Notes under the pieces: model-generated | What the model was told of the DNA's origin: nothing | Seen by the model: only the letters and a program-made list of their open reading frames with translations | Databases searched by the model: none | Translations under genes and position numbers: made by a program | Part shown: in pieces, positions 53,208-63,242 of the stretch | Layout of the letters: each line of letters starts with the position of its first letter | Position numbering within the stretch: position 1 is the stretch's first letter | Assembly: GCA_028877265.1 (NCBI GenBank) | Contig: JAPPGX010000016.1 | Location: 1,265 to 65,264 of the forward strand | Reading direction: 5' to 3' | Source of the DNA: Acidobacteriota bacterium | GTDB lineage: Bacteria > Acidobacteriota > Vicinamibacteria > Marinacidobacterales > Marinacidobacteraceae | Length of the DNA: 64,000 nucleotides

Positions 53208-54140
53208 ATGGCCGCGACGCCGGCCCCGGAGCCGCCCCTCCACCAGCCGGTCCTGCGGGACACGGTCCTGCGCTGGCTGGCTCCCCGCTCCGGCGGGCGG
53301 TACCTCGACGGCACGTTCGGGCGCGGCGGGCACTCGGAAGCCATCCTGGAGGCCGATCCCGGGGCCCTCGTGCTCGGTCTGGACAAGGACCCGGACGCGG
53401 TGCCCGCCGCGGCGGCGCTCGCCGCCCGGGAGCCTCGCTTCCGCTTCCTGGCGGCCGATTTTGCCGAACTCGGGTCGGCCCTCGACGAGGTGGGTTGGGA
53501 CGAGGTGGACGGCATCCTCCTCGACCTCGGCCTCTCCAGCCCGCAGCTCGAGACGCCGGAACGCGGCTTCGCCCTCCGCCACGACGGCCCGCTGGACATG
53601 CGCTACGACCCCGGCTCGGGGGAGACGGCGGCCGAACTGCTCGACCGGCTCGACGAGCGGGAGATCGCCGATCTGCTCTTCGGGATCGGCGAACGGCGGT
53701 CCCGCGCCATCGCCCGGCGGATCGCCGCCCGCCGGCCGCTGCGCACCACCCGAGACCTGCGCGCCGCGGTGATCGCCGCCGTCGGACCGCGCCGGGGACG
53801 GATCGATCCCGCTACCCGGACCTTTCTCGCGGTGCGCTCCGCGGTGAATCGCGAGCCTCAGGCACTTGCAGCCGCGCTCCACGCGGCGCCCGCGCGGCTT
53901 CGGAAGGAAGGCGTCCTGGCGGTTATCTCCTACCACTCCGGGGAAGACCGTCCGGTCAAGCACGCCTTCCGCCGGCTCGCGGCCCGGTCCGAATTCGAGC
54001 TGGGAACGCGGCGGCCCATTCGTGCGGACGAGGACGAGTTGAGCGCCAACCGCCGGTCCCGGAGCGCCTGCCTGCGGATTCTGCGCCGCCGGGAGGCGGG
54101 CGAGTCCGAACCGGCCGCCCAGGAGGAGTCCCCCCGATGA
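53208..54140 (+). CDS. rsmH: 16S rRNA (cytosine1402-N4)-methyltransferase
   Basis: 3' part of track ORF 53010..54140. ATG 53208. HQPVLRDTVLRWL...YLDGTFGRGGHSEAIL, DLGLSSPQL and ISYHSGEDR motifs. Confidence 0.92.
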   Translation: MAATPAPEPPLHQPVLRDTVLRWLAPRSGGRYLDGTFGRGGHSEAILEADPGALVLGLDKDPDAVPAAAALAAREPRFRFLAADFAELGSALDEVGWDEVDGILLDLGLSSPQLETPERGFALRHDGPLDMRYDPGSGETAAELLDRLDEREIADLLFGIGERRSRAIARRIAARRPLRTTRDLRAAVIAAVGPRRGRIDPATRTFLAVRSAVNREPQALAAALHAAPARLRKEGVLAVISYHSGEDRPVKHAFRRLAARSEFELGTRRPIRADEDELSANRRSRSACLRILRRREAGESEPAAQEESPR

Positions 54141-54523
54141 CTCCGGAACACTTCGAAGTCACCTACCGTCCGGACAACCATTGGCTGCACCGGAAACTCG
54201 ACCGCAAGCGGTACGCGCAGCTCCTCCTGTATCTCGTCATCGGAATCTTTGCGCTGACGGCGGCGGTTGCCGCTACCTGGCCGTACCTCGAGGCGATTCG
54301 GCTCGGTTACCGCGTCGAGGAACTCCGCCTGGAGCGGGACCAGCTCCAAAAGGACATCGAGCGCTATCAGCTCGAGTTGAGCGAGCTCACCAACCCGAGC
54401 TCCGTTGAGAGGATCGCCCGCGAAACCTATGGACTGGAGCCCGCAGGGGAGCGGGTGATCCTCGAATCCCCCGACGCTCCGGCGGATGGCGGTCCGGATC
54501 CCGGGAGTCCTGAGGCGCGATGA
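54137..54523 (+). CDS. ftsL: Cell division protein FtsL-like
   Basis: 128 aa, ATGA overlap with rsmH. A single TM segment (LLLYLVIGIFALTAAVAATW) is followed by a coiled coil (EELRLERDQLQKDIERYQLELSEL). Position between rsmH and ftsI is canonical. Confidence 0.75.
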   Translation: MTPEHFEVTYRPDNHWLHRKLDRKRYAQLLLYLVIGIFALTAAVAATWPYLEAIRLGYRVEELRLERDQLQKDIERYQLELSELTNPSSVERIARETYGLEPAGERVILESPDAPADGGPDPGSPEAR

Positions 54524-56736
54524 GCCCTCCGCGAAAGAGCCCGGGCGGTTGGAAGCCTCCCCCCAACAGCCTCTTCCCCGATCTGCCGGCGCCGCTGCTC
54601 CGGACGGCCGGTCAGGAGTCGTCGCCCAGACCGAAGCGCCGCCGCGAACCGGCGCCGGCCGCGGCGCCCGAACCGCAGCGGGCGCCGGACGGCGCCGGAT
54701 CACCGGAGGACGGCGGGAGGGCGGGACTCCGCCGGCGGGTGATGGTGGGAGTGGTCCTGATCGGGGTGTGGGGGGCTCTGATCCTCGGTCAACTGGTCCA
54801 GATCCAGGTCCTCGACCACGAGACCATGGTGCGCCGGGCCGACCGTCAGCACCGCCACGAACTCACCATTCCGCCGTTCCGGGGGAGAATCTACGACCGG
54901 AACGGACGGCCGCTGGCCCTCACCGTCGCGGTGGACTCGGTGTACGTGGTTCCCCCCGACTACTCCGCGGCCACGATTCCGGCCGCGGCGGAGCGCCTGG
55001 CCGAATGTCTGGAAGTGCCCGTGGCGCTCGTGGAACGTCGGCTGCGGCGCGAGTCGCGTTTCTCCTGGCTCAAGCGCAAGGCGGCGGCGGAGCAGGTCAC
55101 GTGCGCCCGCGAGACCGGGTTCCCCGTCGGGACCATCGAGGAGTTCGGACGCTTCTACCCCGGCGGGGAACTCGCCGCCCACGTTCTGGGCTTTGTCGGG
55201 GCCGACGGCGATGGGCTGGGCGGCATCGAATTCGCCCGTGACCAGGTCCTGCGCGGAGAACCCGGACGGCGCACCGTCTGGACCGACGGCCGGCGCACCG
55301 GACGGGGAAGCCGGGTCGTCCGGGAATCGCGGCCGGGGGCCGACATCGAGTTGACCATCGATGCCTACCTGCAGGCGGTCGCCGAAGAGGAACTCGCCCG
55401 CGCCCTCACCGAGATCCCCGCGGCGTCGGGGGCCGTGATTCTCGTCGAGCCCCGGACCGGCGAGGTGCTGGCCATGGCCAGTGCGCCCTCCTTCGATCCC
55501 AACCGGGCCGGCGAGTTCCCGCTGGCGACGCTCGCCAACCGAAGCATCACGGATCCCTACGAACCGGGATCGGTCTTCAAGATCTTCACCGCGGCGGCGG
55601 CTCTCGAGGAGGGAGTGACCGACGAGGAAGAGGAATTCGAGACCTTCGACGGCAGCTACCCCATCGGCGGACGGATCGTGCGGGACTGGAAACCGCTCGG
55701 GCCGCTCACCTTCGCCGGCATCATCCAGCAGTCTTCCAACATCGGAACGCTGCAGGTCGCCGACCGCATCGGTTCGGAGACCCTGCACGCGTATCTGGCC
55801 GCGTTCGGTTTCGGCGAGCCCACCGGTCTGCCCCTCGGCGCGGAGAGTCGCGGCATCGTCCCCGGGAGAGGCCTCTGGCGGCCGATCCGACTAGCGACCG
55901 TTTCCTTCGGGCACGGCATCGCGGTCACCCCGGTCCAGCTCGTCCAGGGGGTGAACGCCGTCGCGACGGGGGGAGTCCGCCGGCCCCTCCGCCTCATCCG
56001 GAGGATCGGCGGGGAGGTCCAACCGCCGGAAGACGGCCTCCAGGTCATCAGTCCGATGACGGCGGCCAGGGTGAGTCAACTGCTCGCCAGCGCCGTCCAG
56101 GAGGGAACGGGCAGCAATGCCGCCGTGGCGGGGTTCTCGGTCGCGGGGAAGACGGGGACCGCCCAGAAGGCGGAAGCGGGCGGCTACTCGGACACCGACT
56201 ACACCGCCTCCTTCGCCGGCTTTGCGCCCGCCCGCAATCCGCTCTTCACTGGAGTCGTGATCCTCGACGTCCAAAGGCCCAATCACAGCGGGACGGGCGC
56301 CGCGGCCGTCTTCGGAAGGATCGCCGACCGGGTGCTCTGGCGGGACCGGCGGACCGGTTGGGGAACGGAGCGACTGGTCAGTTCCGGCCCGCGGGTCCGT
56401 CAGCTTGCCCGCAAGGGGCGCAGCCGGGCCGCGTCAGCCATGTGGAGTTCGAAGGCCGCGGCGGGATCCGAGACTTCGGCGCGCGACCTCGTTGCCGCGC
56501 GGGTGAGGATGGCGGAGGCCTCCGATCCGACAACTTCCGAGACGACCCTGATCGCCGAAGCCGCGGCAACGCCCTCCGGGCTCCACGAGCGGCCGGTCCG
56601 GTCCGCGATCCCGGAATCCCCTCCGCCGGCTACCCCCGGATCCCCGGAGGGCGGCCCCGCCGGGGCCGATCCTGAGACGGGAACCCCGGCCCCCCGGGAA
56701 CCGTCCCTGGAGAACGACGAGAGCCGACCGCGATGA
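54520..56736 (+). CDS. ftsI: Peptidoglycan D,D-transpeptidase FtsI (class B PBP)
   Basis: 738 aa. PBP dimerisation domain, then a transpeptidase domain with SVFK (SxxK), SSN and KTGT motifs. It carries long Pro/Ala-rich N- and C-terminal extensions. Confidence 0.9.
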   Translation: MSPPRKSPGGWKPPPNSLFPDLPAPLLRTAGQESSPRPKRRREPAPAAAPEPQRAPDGAGSPEDGGRAGLRRRVMVGVVLIGVWGALILGQLVQIQVLDHETMVRRADRQHRHELTIPPFRGRIYDRNGRPLALTVAVDSVYVVPPDYSAATIPAAAERLAECLEVPVALVERRLRRESRFSWLKRKAAAEQVTCARETGFPVGTIEEFGRFYPGGELAAHVLGFVGADGDGLGGIEFARDQVLRGEPGRRTVWTDGRRTGRGSRVVRESRPGADIELTIDAYLQAVAEEELARALTEIPAASGAVILVEPRTGEVLAMASAPSFDPNRAGEFPLATLANRSITDPYEPGSVFKIFTAAAALEEGVTDEEEEFETFDGSYPIGGRIVRDWKPLGPLTFAGIIQQSSNIGTLQVADRIGSETLHAYLAAFGFGEPTGLPLGAESRGIVPGRGLWRPIRLATVSFGHGIAVTPVQLVQGVNAVATGGVRRPLRLIRRIGGEVQPPEDGLQVISPMTAARVSQLLASAVQEGTGSNAAVAGFSVAGKTGTAQKAEAGGYSDTDYTASFAGFAPARNPLFTGVVILDVQRPNHSGTGAAAVFGRIADRVLWRDRRTGWGTERLVSSGPRVRQLARKGRSRAASAMWSSKAAAGSETSARDLVAARVRMAEASDPTTSETTLIAEAAATPSGLHERPVRSAIPESPPPATPGSPEGGPAGADPETGTPAPREPSLENDESRPR

Positions 56737-58274
56737 ACGCCACCGGCATGCCCCCCCGCCGGCTTCGAGACCTTCTCGAAGGCCTGGAAGCGGACCTGCC
56801 GGCGGGCGCCGGCGACCTCCGGATCCGGGGCGTCACCTGCGATTCGCGAGCCGTCGAGCCCGGGAGCCTGTTCATTGCGGTGCCCGGTGAGCGTTTCGAC
56901 GGCCACGACTTCGTGCCGGCCGCGGCCGCCGCCGGGGCCGCGGCCGCGCTGGTCGAAACGACGCCGCCCGATCCGGGGATCCCGTTTGCGCGGGTACGCG
57001 ATGCCCGCCGCGCCGCCGGACCGGTGGCGGCCGCCTTCCACGGCCGCCCCTCGGACGCGATGCGGCTCGTCGGAGTGACCGGGACCAACGGGAAGACCAC
57101 CGTCGCCTGGCTGCTCGACGCGTTCTTCCAGCGGGAGACCTCCGGAGGCCTCTACTGCGGGACGGTGGCGCACCGGGCGCACGCCGGCGGCCGCCTCCTC
57201 GAACCCGCCGCGGCGGGCCTCACCACCCGGGAGGCCCCGGAGTTCCAGGCCCTGCTGGCCGTCGCGCTCGCCGCGGGGTGCCGCTTCGGCGCGGTCGAGT
57301 GCTCCTCGCACGGCCTCCGGCAGGGACGGCTCGGAGGGACGGCCTTCGAGGTAGCGGTCTTCACCAACCTCACCCGCGACCACCTCGATTTCCACGGCGA
57401 GTTCGATTCCTACTTCCGCGCGAAGCGGGAGCTGTTCACGGATCTGCTCCGCCCGGGCGGCACCGCCGTCATCGGGTGGGACGACCCCTTCGGGGTGCGG
57501 CTCGCCGGTGAACTGCAGGAACTGCGTCCCGACGTGAGGATCGTAGGTTTCGGGTCCGACCCCGGGGCCGCGATCCGGCTCGCGGCCATCCGCTCCGACC
57601 TGGACGGGACGCGCGTCTCGCTGGACGGCCCGATGGGGCCCGGCGAGATCTCGAGCCCGATGCTCGGGCACTTCAGCGCCCTGAACCTGGCGGCCGCGTG
57701 GGGAGCGCTCACCGCGCTCGGGTTCGACGGAGCCCGGGCGGCCGAGGTCCTCTCGGAGGCCGCGCCGCCTCCGGGCCGGATGGAGCGGATCGGGGCGCGG
57801 CGGGGAAGCCGACGGGGCCGGAAACCGGCGGTGCTCGTGGACTACGCGCACACGCCGGACGCGCTGGCCCGCGCCCTCGCGGCCGCCCGCTGCCTCGTGG
57901 GCGAGGGCCGGCTGCACGTCGTCTTCGGTTGCGGCGGCGAACGCGACCGGGGCAACCGGCCGCTCATGGGAGACGCCGCCGCCCGGCTCGCCGACCGGGT
58001 CATCGTGACCTCCGACAACCCCCGCGGGGAAGAGCCCGGCGCGATCATCGCCGAGATCCGCGTGGGCGCCGAGAACCCGGCGTTCGGCGCCGAGGTCCTG
58101 ACGGAACCGGACCGCCGGCGCGCCATCGCGGAGGCGGTGGCCGCGGCCGCACCGCGCGACCTCGTGCTGGTGGCGGGCAAGGGGCACGAGACCCACCAGC
58201 AGCTCGGGGACAACCGGATTCCCTTCGATGACCGGCAGGTGGTGGCCGGCGCGCTGGAGGTCTCCCTCTCATGA
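56733..58274 (+). CDS. murE: UDP-N-acetylmuramoyl-L-alanyl-D-glutamate--2,6-diaminopimelate ligase
   Basis: 513 aa. GVTGTNGKTT P-loop and a DNPR motif (TSDNPRGEEP) typical of meso-DAP-adding MurE. Confidence 0.9.
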   Translation: MNATGMPPRRLRDLLEGLEADLPAGAGDLRIRGVTCDSRAVEPGSLFIAVPGERFDGHDFVPAAAAAGAAAALVETTPPDPGIPFARVRDARRAAGPVAAAFHGRPSDAMRLVGVTGTNGKTTVAWLLDAFFQRETSGGLYCGTVAHRAHAGGRLLEPAAAGLTTREAPEFQALLAVALAAGCRFGAVECSSHGLRQGRLGGTAFEVAVFTNLTRDHLDFHGEFDSYFRAKRELFTDLLRPGGTAVIGWDDPFGVRLAGELQELRPDVRIVGFGSDPGAAIRLAAIRSDLDGTRVSLDGPMGPGEISSPMLGHFSALNLAAAWGALTALGFDGARAAEVLSEAAPPPGRMERIGARRGSRRGRKPAVLVDYAHTPDALARALAAARCLVGEGRLHVVFGCGGERDRGNRPLMGDAAARLADRVIVTSDNPRGEEPGAIIAEIRVGAENPAFGAEVLTEPDRRRAIAEAVAAAAPRDLVLVAGKGHETHQQLGDNRIPFDDRQVVAGALEVSLS

Positions 58275-59665
58275 GACTTCACGGCGAAGCGGCGGCCCGG
58301 ACCATGGGGGGCGCCCTGGAAGGCCCGGCCGGGATGTTCACCGGAGTCTCGATCGATTCGCGGACCCTCGCTCCCGGAGATCTGTTCTTCGCGATCCGGG
58401 GGCCGAGATTCGACGGCCACGCGTTCGTTCCGGACGCCTTCCGCGCGGGAGCGGCCGGCGTGGTGGTCGAGCGCGGCTACGACCGTCGGGAAGAAGCCCC
58501 CGGAGGGTTCCTGATCCGGGTACCCGACCCGACCGAGTCGCTCGGGGCCCTCGCCCGCGAGCAGCGGCTCGAGAGTGGCGCCCGGATCGTTGCGATCACC
58601 GGAAGTCTCGGCAAGACGACCACCAAGGAGGCGGCGGCGGCCGCGATTGGGGCGGAGCGCTCCGTCTTCCGGTCCCGCGGGAACCTGAACAACCAGTGGG
58701 GGCTTCCGCTCTCGCTGCTCGCCCGGGAGGACGAGGAAGTGGGCGTCGTCGAACTGGGGATGTCCGCTCCGGGGGAGATCCGGACGCTCACCGAAATCGC
58801 GGTGCCCGACTGCGGCGTCCTGACGACCATCGCGGAGGCGCATCTCGAGTACTTCGGATCGCTCGGCGCCATCGCCGCCGCCAAGGGGGAGCTCTTCGAG
58901 GCGCTCCCCGCCGGAGCGACCGCGGTCGTGAACGCCGACGACGAACTCGTCCGGGCCCAGGCCGGCCGCTTTTGCGGACGGCACGTCACCTACGGCTTCG
59001 CCGAGGGCGTCGACGTGCGGGGCTCGGGCTACGCCGCGCGTCCGTCCGGCCTCGTCTTCGAGGTCAGCGCCTTCGGCGGACCCGCCGTGTCGGTTTCGTG
59101 CGGTCTCGCCGGCCGTCACAATGCGGGCAACGTCCTCGCCGGACTGGCCGCGGCCGCGGTCCTCGACGTGCCGATCGAGCATGCGGCCCGGGGGGTGGCG
59201 GACCTCACCCCGCTGCCGGGCCGGGGAACGAAGGTGCGGCTTCGTGGCGGCGCGGTGGCGCTCGACGAGACGTACAACTCCAGTCCCCGCGCGCTGCGCG
59301 CCGTGCTGTCGGAGTTCGCAGCCCTCCCCGCCGCGCGGCGGATCGTGGTCGTGGGGGACATGCGGGAACTCGGCGAGGACGCCGAGCCGCTCCATCGCGC
59401 GTGCGGGCAGCTTGCGGGCGAGCTGGCGTTGGACCTGATCGTGGGGGTGGGCCCCCTGGGAAGGACCTTCGCCGAGGCGGCCGCTTCCGGATCGCAGACT
59501 CTCGCCGCGGACGGTCCCGACCAGGCGGCGGCGCTCCTGGAAGGCGTCCTGCGCTCCGGCGATCTGGTGCTCTTCAAGGCCTCGCGCGCGGTCGGACTCG
59601 ATGCGGCGCTCCGCCGGCTGCAGGTCCGCGGTGGGGAAGAACCCTCCGCCGGAGGAGACGCCTGA
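58271..59665 (+). CDS. murF: UDP-N-acetylmuramoyl-tripeptide--D-alanyl-D-alanine ligase
   Basis: 464 aa. ITGSLGKTTTKE P-loop, DETYNSSP, and its position after murE. Confidence 0.9.
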   Translation: MRLHGEAAARTMGGALEGPAGMFTGVSIDSRTLAPGDLFFAIRGPRFDGHAFVPDAFRAGAAGVVVERGYDRREEAPGGFLIRVPDPTESLGALAREQRLESGARIVAITGSLGKTTTKEAAAAAIGAERSVFRSRGNLNNQWGLPLSLLAREDEEVGVVELGMSAPGEIRTLTEIAVPDCGVLTTIAEAHLEYFGSLGAIAAAKGELFEALPAGATAVVNADDELVRAQAGRFCGRHVTYGFAEGVDVRGSGYAARPSGLVFEVSAFGGPAVSVSCGLAGRHNAGNVLAGLAAAAVLDVPIEHAARGVADLTPLPGRGTKVRLRGGAVALDETYNSSPRALRAVLSEFAALPAARRIVVVGDMRELGEDAEPLHRACGQLAGELALDLIVGVGPLGRTFAEAAASGSQTLAADGPDQAAALLEGVLRSGDLVLFKASRAVGLDAALRRLQVRGGEEPSAGGDA

Positions 59666-60747
59666 TGCTCGGCGACCTGCTCTTCTCGCTCGCCGACCAG
59701 ATCAGCGTCTTCAACGTCTTCCGCTACGTCTCGGTCCGCACCGCGGCGGCGGCCGCCACCGCGATCGTCCTCTCGCTCGGCCTTGGTCCCTTCGTGATCG
59801 CCCGCCTCTCCCGGCTTCGGGTGGGAGAGCAGATCCGCGCGGACGGTCCGGCGCACCAGCACAAGGCCGGCACGCCCACCATGGGCGGGGTCCTGATCCT
59901 GGGGACCGTGGTCCTTTCCACCCTGCTCTGGGCGGACCTGGGCAACGTGCTCGTCTGGGTGGCCGTGCTCACCATGGCCGCCTACGGGACGCTGGGATTC
60001 GTGGACGACTGGAAGAAGTTGCGGCGCGCGGACGGGATCGGCCTGAGCGCCCGCGCGAAATTCGGCGTTCAGATCCTGCTCGGGTTGCTGGTAGGCGGTT
60101 TCCTTCTCTGGTACGCCGCCGGCGGCGAGTTCACCACCCGCGTGGTGTTCCCCTTCTTCAAGGAATTCCAGCCCGACCTCGGACTGCTGTTCGTGCCGGC
60201 GGCCATGGTGGTGCTCCTCGCGTCCTCGAACGCGGTCAACCTCACCGATGGGCTCGACGGCCTCGCGGCGGGCTGCGTGCTGGTGGCGGCTGCGGTGTAC
60301 ACGGCGCTCACCTACCTGTCCGGGCATGCCGAGTTCTCGGCGTATCTCGACATCCTCTACGTCCCGGGCGCCTCCGAGGTGACGATCTTCGGGGCGGCGA
60401 TCACCGGGGCCGCGCTCGGGTTCCTGTGGTTCAACGCTCATCCCGCGCGCGTCTTCATGGGCGATGTGGGATCGCTCGCCCTCGGGGCGGGGATCGGGAT
60501 GCAGGCGCTCCTGATCCGGCAGGAGATCCTGCTTGTGATCGTCGGCGGCGTGTTCGTGATGGAGACGCTGTCGGTGATCCTGCAGGTCGCCACCTTCAAG
60601 CTCACCGGCCGCCGGCTCTTCCGGATGGCGCCGCTCCACCATCACTTCGAACTCGCGGGCTGGAAGGAGACGCAGGTGAGCGTCCGCTTCTGGATCCTGG
60701 CCGTCCTCTGCGCGCTCGCCACCCTCACCACCCTCAAGCTGCGATGA
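59665..60747 (+). CDS. mraY: Phospho-N-acetylmuramoyl-pentapeptide transferase
   Basis: 3' part of track ORF 58228..60747. The ATG at 59665 overlaps the murF stop. HQHKAGTPTMGG, NAVNLTDGLDGLA and MGDVGSLALG motifs. Confidence 0.93.
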   Translation: MLGDLLFSLADQISVFNVFRYVSVRTAAAAATAIVLSLGLGPFVIARLSRLRVGEQIRADGPAHQHKAGTPTMGGVLILGTVVLSTLLWADLGNVLVWVAVLTMAAYGTLGFVDDWKKLRRADGIGLSARAKFGVQILLGLLVGGFLLWYAAGGEFTTRVVFPFFKEFQPDLGLLFVPAAMVVLLASSNAVNLTDGLDGLAAGCVLVAAAVYTALTYLSGHAEFSAYLDILYVPGASEVTIFGAAITGAALGFLWFNAHPARVFMGDVGSLALGAGIGMQALLIRQEILLVIVGGVFVMETLSVILQVATFKLTGRRLFRMAPLHHHFELAGWKETQVSVRFWILAVLCALATLTTLKLR

Positions 60748-60750
60748 CCG

Positions 60751-62160
60751 ATGGCGGATCTCCCAGACATCCCGGGACCGGACGTGCTGGTGCTGGGCGC
60801 CGGTGCGAGCGGTCAAGCGGCGGCCCGCTACCTCAGCCGCAGCGGCCGGCGGGTGCTCGTGGCGGATTCCCGCCCGGAGCCGGAGATCCCCGCGGCCTCC
60901 GCGCTGCGGGCGCTCGGGGCGCGCGTTCACTGCGGCGGTCATCCTCCGTCGCTGCTGGCCGGGATGTCGCTCGTCGTGACGAGTCCGGGAGTGCCGCCTG
61001 CCACCGGCATCCTGAAAGCCGCGCGCCGAGAGCGGATTCCGGTCTGGGGGGAACTCGAGCTGGGGTACCGGGCGCTCGGGGAACCCGCGGACCGGCTGGT
61101 GGCGGTGACCGGCACCAAGGGCAAGTCCACGGTGGTGACGCTGCTCGCGGACGCCCTGCGCGTCCAGGGTACGCCGGCCCGGGCCTGCGGGAACCTGGGG
61201 GAACCGCTTACCGCGCTCGCCGGATCGTTCGGTCCCGGCGAGGTCGCGGTGGTCGAGACCTCAAGTTTCCAGCTGGCGACCATCGCCCGCTTCCGGGCGC
61301 GCATCGCGGTCATGCTGGAGGTGGGCCAGGACCATCTCGACTGGCATCCGGACCTCGCGGACTACCGCCGGTCCAAGGCCCGTCTCTTCGAGAACCAGAC
61401 GGCTTCCGACTGGGTCGTCTTCGACGGGGATGATGCAGTGGCTTCCGGTCTCGCGACGAGCGGCGCCAGCGGCAGCGGCGCCAGCCTGCTGCCGTTCGGC
61501 GGGCCTGCCGGCGCGCACGATCCGGAGGTGCTCCTCGACGCCGGGCGGATCGTGCGGCGCGACCGGGCGGCCACCCGCGTTCTCGCGAGCCTCGTTGCCC
61601 TCCGTCTTCCGGGCCGGCATCAGCAGAGGAACCTCACCGCCGCGGCGGCCGCCGGCAGCCTGCTCGGGGTGGGCCGGGACGCGCTGGAAGCGGCGGCGGC
61701 CGGCTTCTCCGGCCTCCCGCATGCACTCGAGGACGCCGGGTCCGTCGCCGGCGTCCGGTTCGTCAACGACTCGCGGGCCACGAACCTGCAGGCGACCCGG
61801 GCGGCGCTCGACGCGCTTGGCCCGGAGGCGAGCGGGGGAATCCAGCTCATCCTGGGCGGAATCCTCAAGGGCGGCCGGTTCGCCGATCTGGAGGGATCGC
61901 TCGGCGCGGTGGAAGGGATTCAGGCCATCGGGCGGACGAAGGAGCGCATCGCCGCCGAGATCCCGAGTGTTCCGGTGGAAGTCAGCGACACCCTTGAACA
62001 GGCGATGGAGCGCGCTCTCTCGCGTTCGCGTCCGGGCGGGATCGTCCTGCTCTCTCCTGGTTGTTCCAGCTTCGACCTGTTCGAGAACTACGGTGATCGG
62101 GGAAGGACGTTCTGCGCAGCGGTCGAGCGCCTGCAGGAAGCCGCAGGAGGTGGGCCGTAA
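60751..62160 (+). CDS. murD: UDP-N-acetylmuramoylalanine--D-glutamate ligase
   Basis: 469 aa. N-terminal Rossmann-like VLGAGASG and VTGTKGKSTV P-loop. Canonical position. Confidence 0.9.
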   Translation: MADLPDIPGPDVLVLGAGASGQAAARYLSRSGRRVLVADSRPEPEIPAASALRALGARVHCGGHPPSLLAGMSLVVTSPGVPPATGILKAARRERIPVWGELELGYRALGEPADRLVAVTGTKGKSTVVTLLADALRVQGTPARACGNLGEPLTALAGSFGPGEVAVVETSSFQLATIARFRARIAVMLEVGQDHLDWHPDLADYRRSKARLFENQTASDWVVFDGDDAVASGLATSGASGSGASLLPFGGPAGAHDPEVLLDAGRIVRRDRAATRVLASLVALRLPGRHQQRNLTAAAAAGSLLGVGRDALEAAAAGFSGLPHALEDAGSVAGVRFVNDSRATNLQATRAALDALGPEASGGIQLILGGILKGGRFADLEGSLGAVEGIQAIGRTKERIAAEIPSVPVEVSDTLEQAMERALSRSRPGGIVLLSPGCSSFDLFENYGDRGRTFCAAVERLQEAAGGGP

Positions 62161-63242
62161 TGGCGCGGCGCATGGCCCCCGACCGGCCCCTGTTCCTCCT
62201 GACGCTCGCGCTGCTCGTCTTCGGGCTGGTCATGCTCTACAGCGCGTCGGCCATCGTGGCGGACGCCAGCGACCGCAGTCCGTCGTACTTCCTGGGGCGC
62301 CAGGCCGTGTGGGCGGCGCTCGGCTGTTTCGCGATGATCGCCCTGGCCCGGTCGGACTACCGGCGGCTGAACCGGCCGGCCGTGGTGTGGGCGCTGTACG
62401 GGGCGGTCATCGTCTCGCTCTTCGCGGCCCTGCTCTCGCCCGCCATCAACGGGGTGCATCGCTGGGTACAGCTCGCCGGGTTCACCCTGCAACCCTCCGA
62501 GCCGGCGAGGCTCGGGCTCGTGGTGGCGCTTGCCCATCTGCTGGCCGTCCGGAGCGCCGATTCCTTCCGCACCCTGCTGTTGCCGCTTGTCGCTACGGGG
62601 TTCCTCGCCGGGCTCATCTACCTTCAACCCGACCTCGGAACCGCAACCCTGCTGGCCCTGGTCGGCGCTTCGGTGATCTTCCTGGGTGGGGCGCGCCTCA
62701 AGCACCTGGCGGGCCTGGCCGCGGTGGGGGTTCCGCTGTTTGCGGCCGGGGTGCTGGCCGCGGACTACCGGATTGCCCGCATCCTCACCTTCCTCGATCC
62801 CTTCGGCGATCCGCTGGGCGACGGTTTCCAGTTGAGCCAGTCGCTCATCGCGCTCGGGAGCGGAGGCGTCACCGGAGTCGGCTTCGCGGCCAGCCGCCAG
62901 AAGTTGCTCTACCTTCCCGAGCCTCACTCCGACTTCGTCTTCTCGGTGGTCGGCGAGGAACTGGGCTTCATCGGGGCGGGGCTGGTAGTGGTCTTCTTCC
63001 TCCTGTTCACGGTCCGCGGCCTCCTCGTCTCGAGCCGGGCGCCCGACCGTTTCGGCATGCTCCTCGGGGCGGGGGCCACGCTGACCATCGCGCTCCAGGC
63101 TTTCCTGCACTTCAGCGTCGCGACCGCGATCCTGCCGACCACCGGGCTGCCGCTCCCGTTCATCTCCGCCGGGGGCTCCTCGCTCATCACCACCCTGCTG
63201 GCGGCGGGGCTGGTGCTGTCGGTCTCCCAGAGGGTTCCGTGA
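62160..63242 (+). CDS. ftsW: SEDS-family peptidoglycan glycosyltransferase FtsW
   Basis: 360 aa polytopic protein. LQPSEPARL, PEPHSDFVFSVVGEELGF and LPFISAGGSS motifs. TAATG overlap with murD. Confidence 0.9.
   Translation: MARRMAPDRPLFLLTLALLVFGLVMLYSASAIVADASDRSPSYFLGRQAVWAALGCFAMIALARSDYRRLNRPAVVWALYGAVIVSLFAALLSPAINGVHRWVQLAGFTLQPSEPARLGLVVALAHLLAVRSADSFRTLLLPLVATGFLAGLIYLQPDLGTATLLALVGASVIFLGGARLKHLAGLAAVGVPLFAAGVLAADYRIARILTFLDPFGDPLGDGFQLSQSLIALGSGGVTGVGFAASRQKLLYLPEPHSDFVFSVVGEELGFIGAGLVVVFFLLFTVRGLLVSSRAPDRFGMLLGAGATLTIALQAFLHFSVATAILPTTGLPLPFISAGGSSLITTLLAAGLVLSVSQRVP

Noticed and set aside
58228-59664. The 5' two-thirds of the 839-aa ORF 58228..60747.
   Set aside because: Only the last 360 codons (from ATG 59665) are MraY. 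The upstream part is an alternative frame of murF and is Arg/Gly-rich junk.
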